Shown: piece by piece, positions 46,520-55,057 of the stretch
Layout: each line of letters starts with the position of its first letter
Numbering within the stretch: position 1 is the stretch's first letter
From: Candidatus Doudnabacteria bacterium
GTDB lineage: Bacteria; Patescibacteriota; Doudnabacteria; UBA920
Length of the DNA stretch: 64,000 bases
Reading direction: 5' to 3'
NCBI GenBank assembly: GCA_963788395.1
Contig: CAWBGV010000020.1
Span: 5,195-69,194 of the forward strand
Notes under the pieces: model-generated
Databases searched by the model: none
What the model was told of the DNA's origin: nothing
What the model saw: the letters and a program-made list of their open reading frames with translations, nothing else
Program-made: the position numbers and the translations under genes

Positions 46520-47926
46520 ATGATGAATAAAACAAGCACGATTATAAGTCTCGCTGTGGTAATAGCATTAACTGCTTTTACCTTTAGTCCCAGCGCGGAT
46601 GCTCAAGTAGCAACTCCCACGCCTACGCCAACTGCTACAGTGACTCCGACCCCAACACCCACACCGACGGTAACACCAACTCCGACCTCAACCATAACTC
46701 CCACTCCGACTCCTACAACTACCCCGACACCGACTCCAACAGCAACACCTACGCCGACTCCCACACCTACCACCACCGGACCAACTGTTCCAACAGGCCT
46801 AAGCGTTAGCAGCTCTTCTACGGATACTTTGATGATAGTTTGGAACCCTTCAACCAGCAGCGGCACGACCATTACTCAATACAATATTATCCGTGATGGT
46901 ACCCAAATAGGAACTTCTCCCACCGAAACCTTTACCGATACCGGTTTAAATCCCGGGACCACCTACGCTTATAACGTTTCAGCTATGGACGCTAACGGCA
47001 ACACCTCTGCCTGGTCGGATACTTTATTCGCCACAACTCAGGGAACCTCCTCTACCACTCCTACCCCGACGCCCACGCCAACACCCACTGTAACCCCGAC
47101 ACCAACACCTACCGCCACGCCTACCCCAAGCGCCAGCGGACCTTCTATGCCTACCGGCCTGGCGGTGAGCAGCTCAAGCCCCGATACTTTGGTCTTAACT
47201 TGGGATCCTTCGACCAGCACCAGTAGCACCATTTCGGACTACCTGATCATCCGTGACGGGACGCAAGTCGGAACCGCTTCCAGCACCACTTTTACCGATA
47301 CCGGCCTTACCCTGGGGACGACCTATGCTTATAATGTCGCGGCTATGGACGCTAACGGGAATACTTCTCCGTGGTCAGATACGCTCTATGCGTCTACCAC
47401 AGGCTCGTCGACCACTACGCCCACGCCAACACCAACCGTAACGCCGACACCGACTACTACCCCTACCGGGCCTAACAACAACACCGGCGCCTATGGCTGG
47501 ATAGTCCTGCCGCTCAGTATTTACAATCAGCTGACCGCCAGCAGCACCACGACCAGCACTTCAACTTCCCCCGGCAGCCCGTTTGTTTACGTCAATGGAT
47601 ATCCGACTTTAAACGGGAACTATGTCGACTGTAACGGCAATATCGACAACGATCCAGCCCACCATTCAACCGACTCCAGTGACACTGACCCGGCCCACCA
47701 CATAGGCATGAACTGTCCGGGCGGCAGCCCGCAAGTACCTTCCTGGTACAATAATTCTACCAGCATGCTCGGAAATGGGATGATGAATAACAATACGCAA
47801 ACCTGGATTAACTATATAACCGATGAGCAGAATAATACCCAGTGGGTATTAGTACCGCTGACATGGACCAATCTCCAGGATTTACAAAATTTGTTCAATA
47901 CAACCCAATTACCGTCTGTGTTCTAA
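46520..47926 (+). CDS. secreted protein with Thr/Pro linkers and two fibronectin type III-like domains
   Basis: Signal/anchor MMNKTSTIISLAVVIALTAF. Three (TP)n linkers. Two homologous ~90-aa modules (GLSVSSSS.DTL...W.PSTS...I..Y.IIRDGTQ.GT...TFTDTGL..GTTYAYNV.AMDANGNTS.WSDTL.A.T). Confidence 0.75.
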   Translation: MMNKTSTIISLAVVIALTAFTFSPSADAQVATPTPTPTATVTPTPTPTPTVTPTPTSTITPTPTPTTTPTPTPTATPTPTPTPTTTGPTVPTGLSVSSSSTDTLMIVWNPSTSSGTTITQYNIIRDGTQIGTSPTETFTDTGLNPGTTYAYNVSAMDANGNTSAWSDTLFATTQGTSSTTPTPTPTPTPTVTPTPTPTATPTPSASGPSMPTGLAVSSSSPDTLVLTWDPSTSTSSTISDYLIIRDGTQVGTASSTTFTDTGLTLGTTYAYNVAAMDANGNTSPWSDTLYASTTGSSTTTPTPTPTVTPTPTTTPTGPNNNTGAYGWIVLPLSIYNQLTASSTTTSTSTSPGSPFVYVNGYPTLNGNYVDCNGNIDNDPAHHSTDSSDTDPAHHIGMNCPGGSPQVPSWYNNSTSMLGNGMMNNNTQTWINYITDEQNNTQWVLVPLTWTNLQDLQNLFNTTQLPSVF

Positions 47927-47974
47927 GGTCAAATAAAAAACCCTCCGCAACAAGCTGAAGTGAGGGTTTTTTAT

Positions 47975-48003
47975 TTGACAATGCATTTTTTTCGCCTTAG
48001 AAT
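47975..48003 (+). promoter_or_regulatory. sigma70-type promoter
   Basis: TTGACA, 17-nt spacer, TAGAAT. Confidence 0.55.
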
Positions 48004-48041
48004 TTATCATCCGCAGACTATCAAAAATTAAGGAGGCATAG

Positions 48042-48344
48042 ATGTCGGCAGAAGTGTATCGAGGCGAACCAGATGCTGCAACTCACCGGCTTACCTGGCG
48101 GCACCCGTATTGGTTTAGTTCCAAGGAAGGACTGAGAGGCAAAATCGAAATAGCGGCCGCCGGAGAATTTCCCGGTTTAGGAGCCAACAATACGGTGCTG
48201 ATTGTTTTCTATCCGGAAAAGTCCGAACCCCAGCTCAATCAAGAACGGTTAAGCGCTTTGTCGGTAGAAGAAATACTCTGGCTAATCGAGCCATATCAGT
48301 TGCATCACCCCGATCTCAATTTTATCGTCTCTGTTACCGCCTGA
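48042..48344 (+). CDS. hypothetical protein (100 aa)
   Basis: AAGGAGG RBS 5 nt upstream, promoter and terminator present. No family recognised. Confidence 0.6.
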   Translation: MSAEVYRGEPDAATHRLTWRHPYWFSSKEGLRGKIEIAAAGEFPGLGANNTVLIVFYPEKSEPQLNQERLSALSVEEILWLIEPYQLHHPDLNFIVSVTA

Positions 48345-48353
48345 GTCCAAAAT

Positions 48354-48400
48354 AGCGCCAGGCCGGTTACCCCCTAACCCGCTCTGGCGCTGTATTTTTT
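48354..48400 (+). terminator. rho-independent terminator
   Basis: AGCGCCAG ... CTGGCGCT stem followed by GTATTTTTT. Confidence 0.6.
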
Positions 48401-48430
48401 ATTGCGGTAAATTTATGGTATAATACTGCC

Positions 48431-48538
48431 ATGTTCCGCAACCGAAAACATCTCAATAAAATTATGGCTATTATTATGGTACTGGTGGTGTTAACCATGG
48501 TTATAGCTTTATTCGGACCGGCGTTCATCAAGCAATAA
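48431..48538 (+). CDS. small single-TM peptide (35 aa), near-leaderless
   Basis: MFRNRKHLNKIMAIIMVLVVLTMVIALFGPAFIKQ. Extended -10 TGGTATAAT ends 7 nt before the ATG. Below the ORF-track length cutoff. Confidence 0.4.
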   Translation: MFRNRKHLNKIMAIIMVLVVLTMVIALFGPAFIKQ

Positions 48539-48568
48539 CCGCGGCCGGCCGGTTTCAAAAACCAAAAT

Positions 48569-49084
48569 ATGTTCACCCTGCAACTCCGGGAAAATGAAAA
48601 AATCTTAAGAATGTACCGGCAGGCGGACTTAACCCTGGCCAAACCGGTACTGGTTATATTTGCGGCATTATACATCCCGTGGGGATTATTACTCAAATAC
48701 GACTTAGTAGCTCAATTTGGCTGGTGGTTGTTTGGCTGGACAGTCATAGTTTTGCTGTATGGCGTTCATGAATACCTGCTGTGGCTGCTGCATGTCACGC
48801 TAGTGACTAACCAAAGGTTGATTTTTGTCAGATACCCCAGTTTGTTGCACAAAAAAGTTGCCGAAGCCCCCTTAGACAGAATTACCCAACTAAGTATTGA
48901 AGTAAAGGGACTTTTTAATAATTTACTTTCCTACGGCGATATTACTGTTGTGCTGGCCGGCTCGCACCAGACTTTGGCCTTAACCACGATAGCCGAACCT
49001 AATAAAGTACACGACTACCTTTGGGCCTTAATCCAGAAAAAAGCTGCCGTGGCTGAACAGCCTGCCGTTATAAAAAAACCATAG
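48569..49084 (+). CDS. membrane protein with bacterial PH-like (YdbS/YdbT-type) domain
   Basis: Two TM helices then TNQRLIFV...LDRITQLSIEVKG...YGDITV, resembling the bPH_2 pattern. Confidence 0.5.
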   Translation: MFTLQLRENEKILRMYRQADLTLAKPVLVIFAALYIPWGLLLKYDLVAQFGWWLFGWTVIVLLYGVHEYLLWLLHVTLVTNQRLIFVRYPSLLHKKVAEAPLDRITQLSIEVKGLFNNLLSYGDITVVLAGSHQTLALTTIAEPNKVHDYLWALIQKKAAVAEQPAVIKKP

Positions 49085-49147
49085 GAACACCAAAAACTCC
49101 ATCGGCAGGTAAAAAGGCCAAAACTTTTGTAATCAGCTCTATATTAT

Positions 49148-49528
49148 ATGGCTATTAACCGCTCACAGATTATTTCTTCCAAAGTAGCCATCGGGATTCT
49201 CCTGATTTTGCTCGTTTTTTTTGCAAATTTAAAATATCAGCAGTGGAAAAATCAGCAAGTTATTGAACAACAAAAACAAGACCTCCAGGAGCAAGCTAAC
49301 CAGTGGCAGCAAAAAAATGATGAACTTACCCAATCGTTGCAATACCTTAATTCCAGCAGCTATCGGGAACAGGTTGCCCGACAGCAACTAAATCTCAAAA
49401 TTAACGGAGAAAATGTCTATAGTTTCACCACTGCGGCCGCTCAAGCTACAACAACTGCCCTGGCTTCGCCGGCTCCTAGCCTTTCGAACCCGCGTAAATG
49501 GTGGAACTATTTTTTTCAAAATAATTAG
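49148..49528 (+). CDS. septum formation initiator family protein (FtsB/DivIC-like)
   Basis: N-terminal TM, coiled coil, and YREQVARQQLNLKINGENVY C-terminal signature. Confidence 0.7.
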   Translation: MAINRSQIISSKVAIGILLILLVFFANLKYQQWKNQQVIEQQKQDLQEQANQWQQKNDELTQSLQYLNSSSYREQVARQQLNLKINGENVYSFTTAAAQATTTALASPAPSLSNPRKWWNYFFQNN

Positions 49529-49533
49529 AGACT

Positions 49534-50427
49534 ATGCCCAAAACGCATAAGAAAATATTTAAAGTAACCGGGATTATTATTTTGGGGTTACTTATTGTCT
49601 GCGGGTTATTTGCAGCTTGGGTTATTGTCGGACCGGCTTCTTCCGTCAAAACCAAGTTATTATCGCGCCTACCGTTGCCGCTGGCTTCGGTTAATGGCCA
49701 AATTATTCCCAGCACCGATTTGTTCGTCCGCTATTCCATTGCCCAAAAGGCCTATGCCCAGCAGCCGACCACTGACATGCAGCAGGTTAAAACCCAAATT
49801 TATAACCAGCTGGTAAGAGAAAAAGAAACTCAAATATTGGCCTCGCGGTACGGCGTCAGCGTCAGCGCCGGTGAACTTAACCAGCAGCTTCAGGCCACTA
49901 AAAACGACATTGCCCAAGACCCCTCCACTAGTTTTAATGATTTTTTGAAGGAGTATGGCCTGACTGAACAACAATTCAAAACGATGGTCTTGGCCCCCAA
50001 TCTGCTCAGTACCGATCTCACCGTCTGGTTTAATAGCCAATCAAGTTTAAATCCTCAAACTTACCAGGATCTTAGCAGCATTCAGCAGCAGTTAGCTCAA
50101 GGAACTGCTTTTTCGGCTTTGGTGCCAAAATACAACCAGGATCCTTCCACCGAGGCCACCAATGGGGATATGGGCTTTGTGCCCATGGATAGTATTGCCT
50201 CAGAATACCAGCAAAATTTGGAACAAACTGCTGTCGGAGGAATAACCGAAATTATCAACGCTCAAGGCATCCATGTGGTTAAAATTTTAGCCAAGGATAA
50301 CAATGCCGCCAATCACGGCGAAGAAGTGCATGTTCAAGAAATCCTGTTGCAACCGGCGGACTTTAATCAATGGTTCAATAAACAGACAAAAACTTTTTCA
50401 ATCAAAAAATTTATTAAAATTTATTAA
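49534..50427 (+). CDS. membrane-anchored parvulin-type peptidyl-prolyl isomerase (PrsA/SurA-like)
   Basis: N-terminal TM, chaperone-like region, and PpiC-type segment GDMGFV...GIHVVKI. Confidence 0.7.
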   Translation: MPKTHKKIFKVTGIIILGLLIVCGLFAAWVIVGPASSVKTKLLSRLPLPLASVNGQIIPSTDLFVRYSIAQKAYAQQPTTDMQQVKTQIYNQLVREKETQILASRYGVSVSAGELNQQLQATKNDIAQDPSTSFNDFLKEYGLTEQQFKTMVLAPNLLSTDLTVWFNSQSSLNPQTYQDLSSIQQQLAQGTAFSALVPKYNQDPSTEATNGDMGFVPMDSIASEYQQNLEQTAVGGITEIINAQGIHVVKILAKDNNAANHGEEVHVQEILLQPADFNQWFNKQTKTFSIKKFIKIY

Positions 50428-50438
50428 AACAAAAACAC

Positions 50439-52256
50439 ATGAACCAAGAAATTATTACCTATATTAAAGAAGCTCGCGCCCACGGATTAAGCGATACGGA
50501 AATCAAACAAAATTTGCTTTCTGCCGGCTGGAGCGCCGAAGAAGTAGAAGAAAATTTTGTAATGTCAAAAACGGGCAACCCGGGGGGTGCTAATCCAACG
50601 CTAGCCGCGCAAACTCTTCCGGCGTGGGCCACCGGCAGTCCGGCCCGTGAACCGCAGCATTCAGCTACTCCCGCCCAACCTCTCCCCGCGGAGCAGCCGG
50701 CCGTTTTTACCGCCCAACAGCTGCCAGCGACTGTGACCAAAAAAAAATCTTCCGGCGGACTTCTGGTACTAATTATAGGTGTAGTAGTTGTTGTTTTGGC
50801 GGCCGGGGGCTATTTTGCTTATACCTATGCTTACAATAACCCTCAAAAAATTTGGCAAAAGTTCACTCAAAACCCCCAAAGCAGCCTGGTTTACAAAAAC
50901 AATATCACTTTTACCTATAACGATCCCGAAACCTATACCCCTGCCAGTTCCAGTCTGATGTCCATTCAGCTAAAAAACTTAATTTTAAGCGTTAACGGCA
51001 ATATATACGCCGATCTGACCGACCCCAAAAATCCGGCCACAGACGTAACTGTGCAATATAATTTTAGCGATAACGGTACTAATTTTGGCACGTCCATAGC
51101 TTATAAACTGATCAATAATGTATTATATCTTAACGCCGGCAGTAACCCGTTTGCTCAAGCTTTAATGAGCGAAATCAGTCCCGGCACCCAAAATAGCTGG
51201 TTAAAAATAGATTTAACCGCCGCTCAGCAGCAAGCCTCTACTACTAATAGCCAATACTCGGCCTTGAGTAAGCAGTTTGAAGATCCGGCTTTCCAGCAGG
51301 AGCTTCAAGGTATCTGGAATAAAGGTAATGTTATTACCGTTACAAAATATTTGGGGCAGCAGAAAATAGGCAGCGCCCAAACCTATCACTTTCAAAACGG
51401 TTTTAATAAAAGTGCTTTCAGCGCGGTGGTGAGCCAGTACATCGATGCCTTCGCCCAAATCCTGAACAACAATCAACAAGGGACAATTAGCAGCTCTGAC
51501 ACGGCAACCGCTAAGCAAATAACCGCCGAACTAATTAACAAAATTCAGGTTACGGATTTTGAAACCTGGATTGGCAGCAGCGATTACCGCTTGTATAAAA
51601 TTCAGTTGTCTATGAACGCGCCTTCGGTAATATCGATTATGAACGCGGCTACGAACGAAACTCAGGGCGCGGCGGGCGATGATAAACGGCTAAATGATGC
51701 TCAAGAGATGTCTACGGCCTTAGAATTATACTATAATGACCATGGAGGTTACCCGGACGCCAACCAAGGCCAACCCGTAGGAATAACTCCGGATTATTTA
51801 GAAGCTTGGCCGGTCGCGCCCACGCCGGCAGGGGGCAACTGCACCGATTACTACAATACCTATTGGTATACTCCCGAAGGAAACAAAACAGTAGCTAAGG
51901 ATACAACCGGGTACAGCTCTTACAAATTAGATTTTTGTTTGGGGAGCGATACGGGAGATTATAAAGCCGGAGTAGTGGAAATTTCACCGTCAGGCATCCA
52001 AAACATTGATTGTCCCGAAGATCTTACCAAATGCTACACAGACGGCAAGGCTCCGGGCTCTGTCCCGGCAGAAACCACCCAGCAAAAAATCCAGGACATT
52101 ATTAACAAAATAAACTTTGACGGCTCCGTTAATATTACCTCGACCTATTCCGATTACGGTCAAAAGCAAGCAGTTGTGCCGCCGGCCGACTCGGTTGATC
52201 TGTTAAAGGCTCTCAACCAACAAAATCAGACCTTCGACGCCCACATCTTAAGATAG
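50439..52256 (+). CDS. membrane protein with cytoplasmic N-terminal mini-domain and extracellular pseudopilin-like C-terminal module
   Basis: TM helix LLVLIIGVVVVVLAAGGYFAY. The C-terminal RLNDAQEMSTALELYYNDHGGYPD...ITPDYLEAWPVAP resembles the globular domain of GspG/type IV pilin-like proteins, but no prepilin signal is present. Confidence 0.55.
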   Translation: MNQEIITYIKEARAHGLSDTEIKQNLLSAGWSAEEVEENFVMSKTGNPGGANPTLAAQTLPAWATGSPAREPQHSATPAQPLPAEQPAVFTAQQLPATVTKKKSSGGLLVLIIGVVVVVLAAGGYFAYTYAYNNPQKIWQKFTQNPQSSLVYKNNITFTYNDPETYTPASSSLMSIQLKNLILSVNGNIYADLTDPKNPATDVTVQYNFSDNGTNFGTSIAYKLINNVLYLNAGSNPFAQALMSEISPGTQNSWLKIDLTAAQQQASTTNSQYSALSKQFEDPAFQQELQGIWNKGNVITVTKYLGQQKIGSAQTYHFQNGFNKSAFSAVVSQYIDAFAQILNNNQQGTISSSDTATAKQITAELINKIQVTDFETWIGSSDYRLYKIQLSMNAPSVISIMNAATNETQGAAGDDKRLNDAQEMSTALELYYNDHGGYPDANQGQPVGITPDYLEAWPVAPTPAGGNCTDYYNTYWYTPEGNKTVAKDTTGYSSYKLDFCLGSDTGDYKAGVVEISPSGIQNIDCPEDLTKCYTDGKAPGSVPAETTQQKIQDIINKINFDGSVNITSTYSDYGQKQAVVPPADSVDLLKALNQQNQTFDAHILR

Positions 52257-52311
52257 CAGCCAAATCTAGCTTACAAGGGTCACCCTTGTGGAGGTGGCCC
52301 TGTTTAAATTT

Positions 52312-53106
52312 ATGAACATTGGAATATTTGACTCCGGTTTAGGGGGTTTGGTTATTCTGAAAAGTTTGGTTACGGAACTCCCCGACTACAACTATATATA
52401 TTTGGGTGATACCCGGCATATGCCCTATGGCAGCCGGGATCAAAAAGCTATTTTACAGTTTACCCAAGCGGCGCTAAAGACTTTATTCGCGCAGGGTTGC
52501 TCGTTAGTTATTATTGCCTGCAATACTTCTTCCGCCAAGGCTTTAAGGAAAATCCAGAGGGAATTTTTGCCCCGCTATTATCCTGACCGAAAAGTTTTAG
52601 GCGTGATTATCCCCACAGTGGAAGCGGTGGCGGAAATTCCAAAATTATCCAGAGTCGGAATTTTAGCGACCCCGTCGACGGTTCAATCCAAAACATATTT
52701 AAAGGAATTTAAAAAAATTAAGCCGGCAGTCACCGTAACCCAGAGTGCGGCTAAAGATTTGGCGGCCATGATAGAAACAGACGATCAAAACGGCATCCAC
52801 AAACAATTGCCTCAATATTTAAGGCCGCTTTTGGCTCAGCGCCCTCAGGCCATTGTATTAGGCTGCACCCATTACCCGCTGGTAAAAAAACAAATTACGG
52901 CTTTGGCTGGTCCGGGAATTAAAATTATTTGCCAGGATGAAATCATTAGCCACAAATTAAAAAAATATCTTGTCCGCCATCCGGAAATCAACAAGTTGCT
53001 GGCTCGCGGCCATAAGCGCCGCTATTTTGCTACCAAACTGACAAAAGATTTTGAGACAGTAAGTAAAAAACTGTTCGGACGTAAAATACTTATTGAGACT
53101 TTGTAA
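52312..53106 (+). CDS. murI: glutamate racemase
   Basis: IGIFDSGLGGL, ACNTSSA and GCTHYP motifs. ATG 52312 preferred over GTG 52288. Confidence 0.9.
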   Translation: MNIGIFDSGLGGLVILKSLVTELPDYNYIYLGDTRHMPYGSRDQKAILQFTQAALKTLFAQGCSLVIIACNTSSAKALRKIQREFLPRYYPDRKVLGVIIPTVEAVAEIPKLSRVGILATPSTVQSKTYLKEFKKIKPAVTVTQSAAKDLAAMIETDDQNGIHKQLPQYLRPLLAQRPQAIVLGCTHYPLVKKQITALAGPGIKIICQDEIISHKLKKYLVRHPEINKLLARGHKRRYFATKLTKDFETVSKKLFGRKILIETL

Positions 53107-53111
53107 CTTTT

Positions 53112-54239
53112 ATGCCCTTATCTTACATTGAAATCTTCAAAAACAATCTTCTTCATAACATCCGCGCCTTTCAGAAGTACGTTGGACCTAAAACGAAGAT
53201 CGCTTCGGTCATTAAAGCCAACGCTTATGGCCATGGCCAAAATGAAGTAGCAAAAATTTTAGGACCGGAGACGGATTATTTTCAAGTTGATGATCTGCAG
53301 GAACTATCTTTACTTCGCCAAGTCACCAAAAAACCTGCGCTGGTTTTAGGGTATGTGGCAAAAAATGAATTGGCTGATGCCGTACATTTGGGAGCTGAGC
53401 TATTGATTTCAGACGAACTCCGGTTGCGGCAGCTGGAAGATATGGCTTTAAAGTTGCATCAAAAAATTAAAATACAAATCAAAATTGACGCTTTATTGGG
53501 CCGGGAAGGTCTACTGCTTCATGAGGTGCCACAAATTATCGAGACTTTACATACCTGCCCCCATGTCTTAGTTTCCGGCTTTTATGCCCATTTTGCTAAT
53601 ATAGAAGATACGGCCAGCTTTAGCCACGCCCAAAAACAGATTGATTGTTTTCAGGATGCCTTGCGGTTATTTAGGCGAGCCGGTTTTGACGGGGTACCAA
53701 CTCACATTTCTGCCACTTCGGGTACTTTAGTCTACGACCAAAACAAAAACTTGAACCAAATAGTGCGGTTGGGGATTGGGTTGTATGGATTGTGGCCTTC
53801 GCGAGCACTCCAAGAAAAATACCAGTCTCGAGCGTTAACCTTAAAACCTGTCGCCCGATGGATTAGCCATGTGGCGCAAATTAAAACGCTTCCTAAAGGG
53901 TATTCGGTTGGATATGGATTAACCTATGCGACTAAACAAAAAACTAAGATAGCCGTTATCCCGCAAGGGTACAGCGATGGGTATGATAGAAGGCTGAGCA
54001 ATAAAGGCCAGGTATTAATCGGCGGCCGGCGTTGCCGGGTTCTCGGCCGTATTTCCATGAATATGATGACGGTCGGTGTTAATCATGTCCCCAACGCCAA
54101 ACAAGAAGACGAAGTCGTCCTGCTTGGCCGCCAGGGACAGCAGGAAATTACGGCGGAAGAAATTGCGGAACAGGTCGGCACGATTAATTACGAGGTAGTG
54201 GCCAGGATCTCGCCGCTATTACCCAGGAGAGTAGTCTAA
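53112..54239 (+). CDS. alr: alanine racemase
   Basis: VIKANAYGHG PLP-lysine motif, 375 aa. Confidence 0.9.
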   Translation: MPLSYIEIFKNNLLHNIRAFQKYVGPKTKIASVIKANAYGHGQNEVAKILGPETDYFQVDDLQELSLLRQVTKKPALVLGYVAKNELADAVHLGAELLISDELRLRQLEDMALKLHQKIKIQIKIDALLGREGLLLHEVPQIIETLHTCPHVLVSGFYAHFANIEDTASFSHAQKQIDCFQDALRLFRRAGFDGVPTHISATSGTLVYDQNKNLNQIVRLGIGLYGLWPSRALQEKYQSRALTLKPVARWISHVAQIKTLPKGYSVGYGLTYATKQKTKIAVIPQGYSDGYDRRLSNKGQVLIGGRRCRVLGRISMNMMTVGVNHVPNAKQEDEVVLLGRQGQQEITAEEIAEQVGTINYEVVARISPLLPRRVV

Positions 54240-54317
54240 CCCTCCCTTCCATTTTTCTGCTTTTTCCTTTAAAATATGACTAGAATGCATTTTTTCTGCC
54301 GGCTTAGCTCATCTGCC

Positions 54318-54401
54318 CAGGCTATTGCCGTATTTTACCAGGCTATTGCCGTATTTTACCAGGCTATTGCCGTATTTTACCAGGCTATTGCCGTATTTTA
54401 A
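54318..54401. repeat. perfect tandem repeat, 4 x 21 bp (CAGGCTATTGCCGTATTTTAC)
   Basis: Units at 54318, 54339, 54360 and 54381. Only the last base of unit 4 differs. Lies 41 nt upstream of tRNA-Thr. Confidence 0.95.
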
Positions 54402-54441
54402 AAGAGCAGCGGTATCGCCCCGTCACTTCTGGAGCAGGTTC

Positions 54442-54517
54442 GCCGACGTAGCTCAATTGGTAGAGCAACGGTATCGTAAACCGTAGGTTATCGGTTCAAT
54501 TCCGATCGTCGGCTCCA
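54442..54517 (+). tRNA. tRNA-Thr (anticodon CGU), CCA encoded
   Basis: Manual cloverleaf: acceptor GCCGACG/CGTCGGC, D-arm GCTC-AATTGGTA-GAGC, anticodon stem ACGGT/ACCGT with loop ATCGTAA, T-arm ATCGG-TTCAATT-CCGAT, then T-CCA. Confidence 0.9.
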
Positions 54518-54683
54518 CGGGTCAATCATTACTCACTCCATTCCGTCCGCCTCGGGCGAGCTCCATTACGTTCGTAATGTTGCCCCTCTCCCCAATTTTC
54601 CCTATGATTTTTTCTAGGGATGGAAATTGGGGCCCCGACAGAGTCAATTTGGGAATTGTCAAGCCCCTTTAAATTCGCCAGTC

Positions 54684-54712
54684 TTGACAAAAGTGCCTAT
54701 TTTACATATATT
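54684..54712 (+). promoter_or_regulatory. sigma70-type promoter of the atp operon
   Basis: TTGACA, 17-nt spacer, TATATT. Confidence 0.55.
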
Positions 54713-54725
54713 TAACGCGTTCACG

Positions 54726-54986
54726 ATGGAACAGACGGAAAATCAGCACGACAAACCCCCACACAACCCCAAGCAAAAAGTAGTTGGGCTACTTATGCTG
54801 GAGGCCGGGACGGAGTTTGCCTTTTTAATTGCCGTGCCGCTGATTGCCGGACTCTTGGCGGGCAAATGGCTCGACAACAAAACCCACCACCATTTCTTCG
54901 TCATAATTGGCATCTTGCTGGGAATTAGTATGACCTGTATTACCCTTTGGAGCAGGATTAAAGATTATAGGAAAATGCTAAAATAG
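54726..54986 (+). CDS. AtpZ/AtpI-like small membrane protein of the ATP synthase operon
   Basis: Two TM helices (FAFLIAVPLIAGLLAGKWLD; FFVIIGILLGISMTCITLW), first position of the atp operon. ATG 54726 preferred. Confidence 0.55.
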   Translation: MEQTENQHDKPPHNPKQKVVGLLMLEAGTEFAFLIAVPLIAGLLAGKWLDNKTHHHFFVIIGILLGISMTCITLWSRIKDYRKMLK

Positions 54987-55057
54987 CTAACTAATAACAA
55001 GAAATTTATAACCGATAACTCTGCTGTTATAAGTTATCAATTAATAATTATAAGTTA

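Noticed and set aside
54318-54401. The direct repeats were considered as a CRISPR array.
   Set aside because: The units are contiguous with no spacers, are only 21 bp long, and no cas genes are present.
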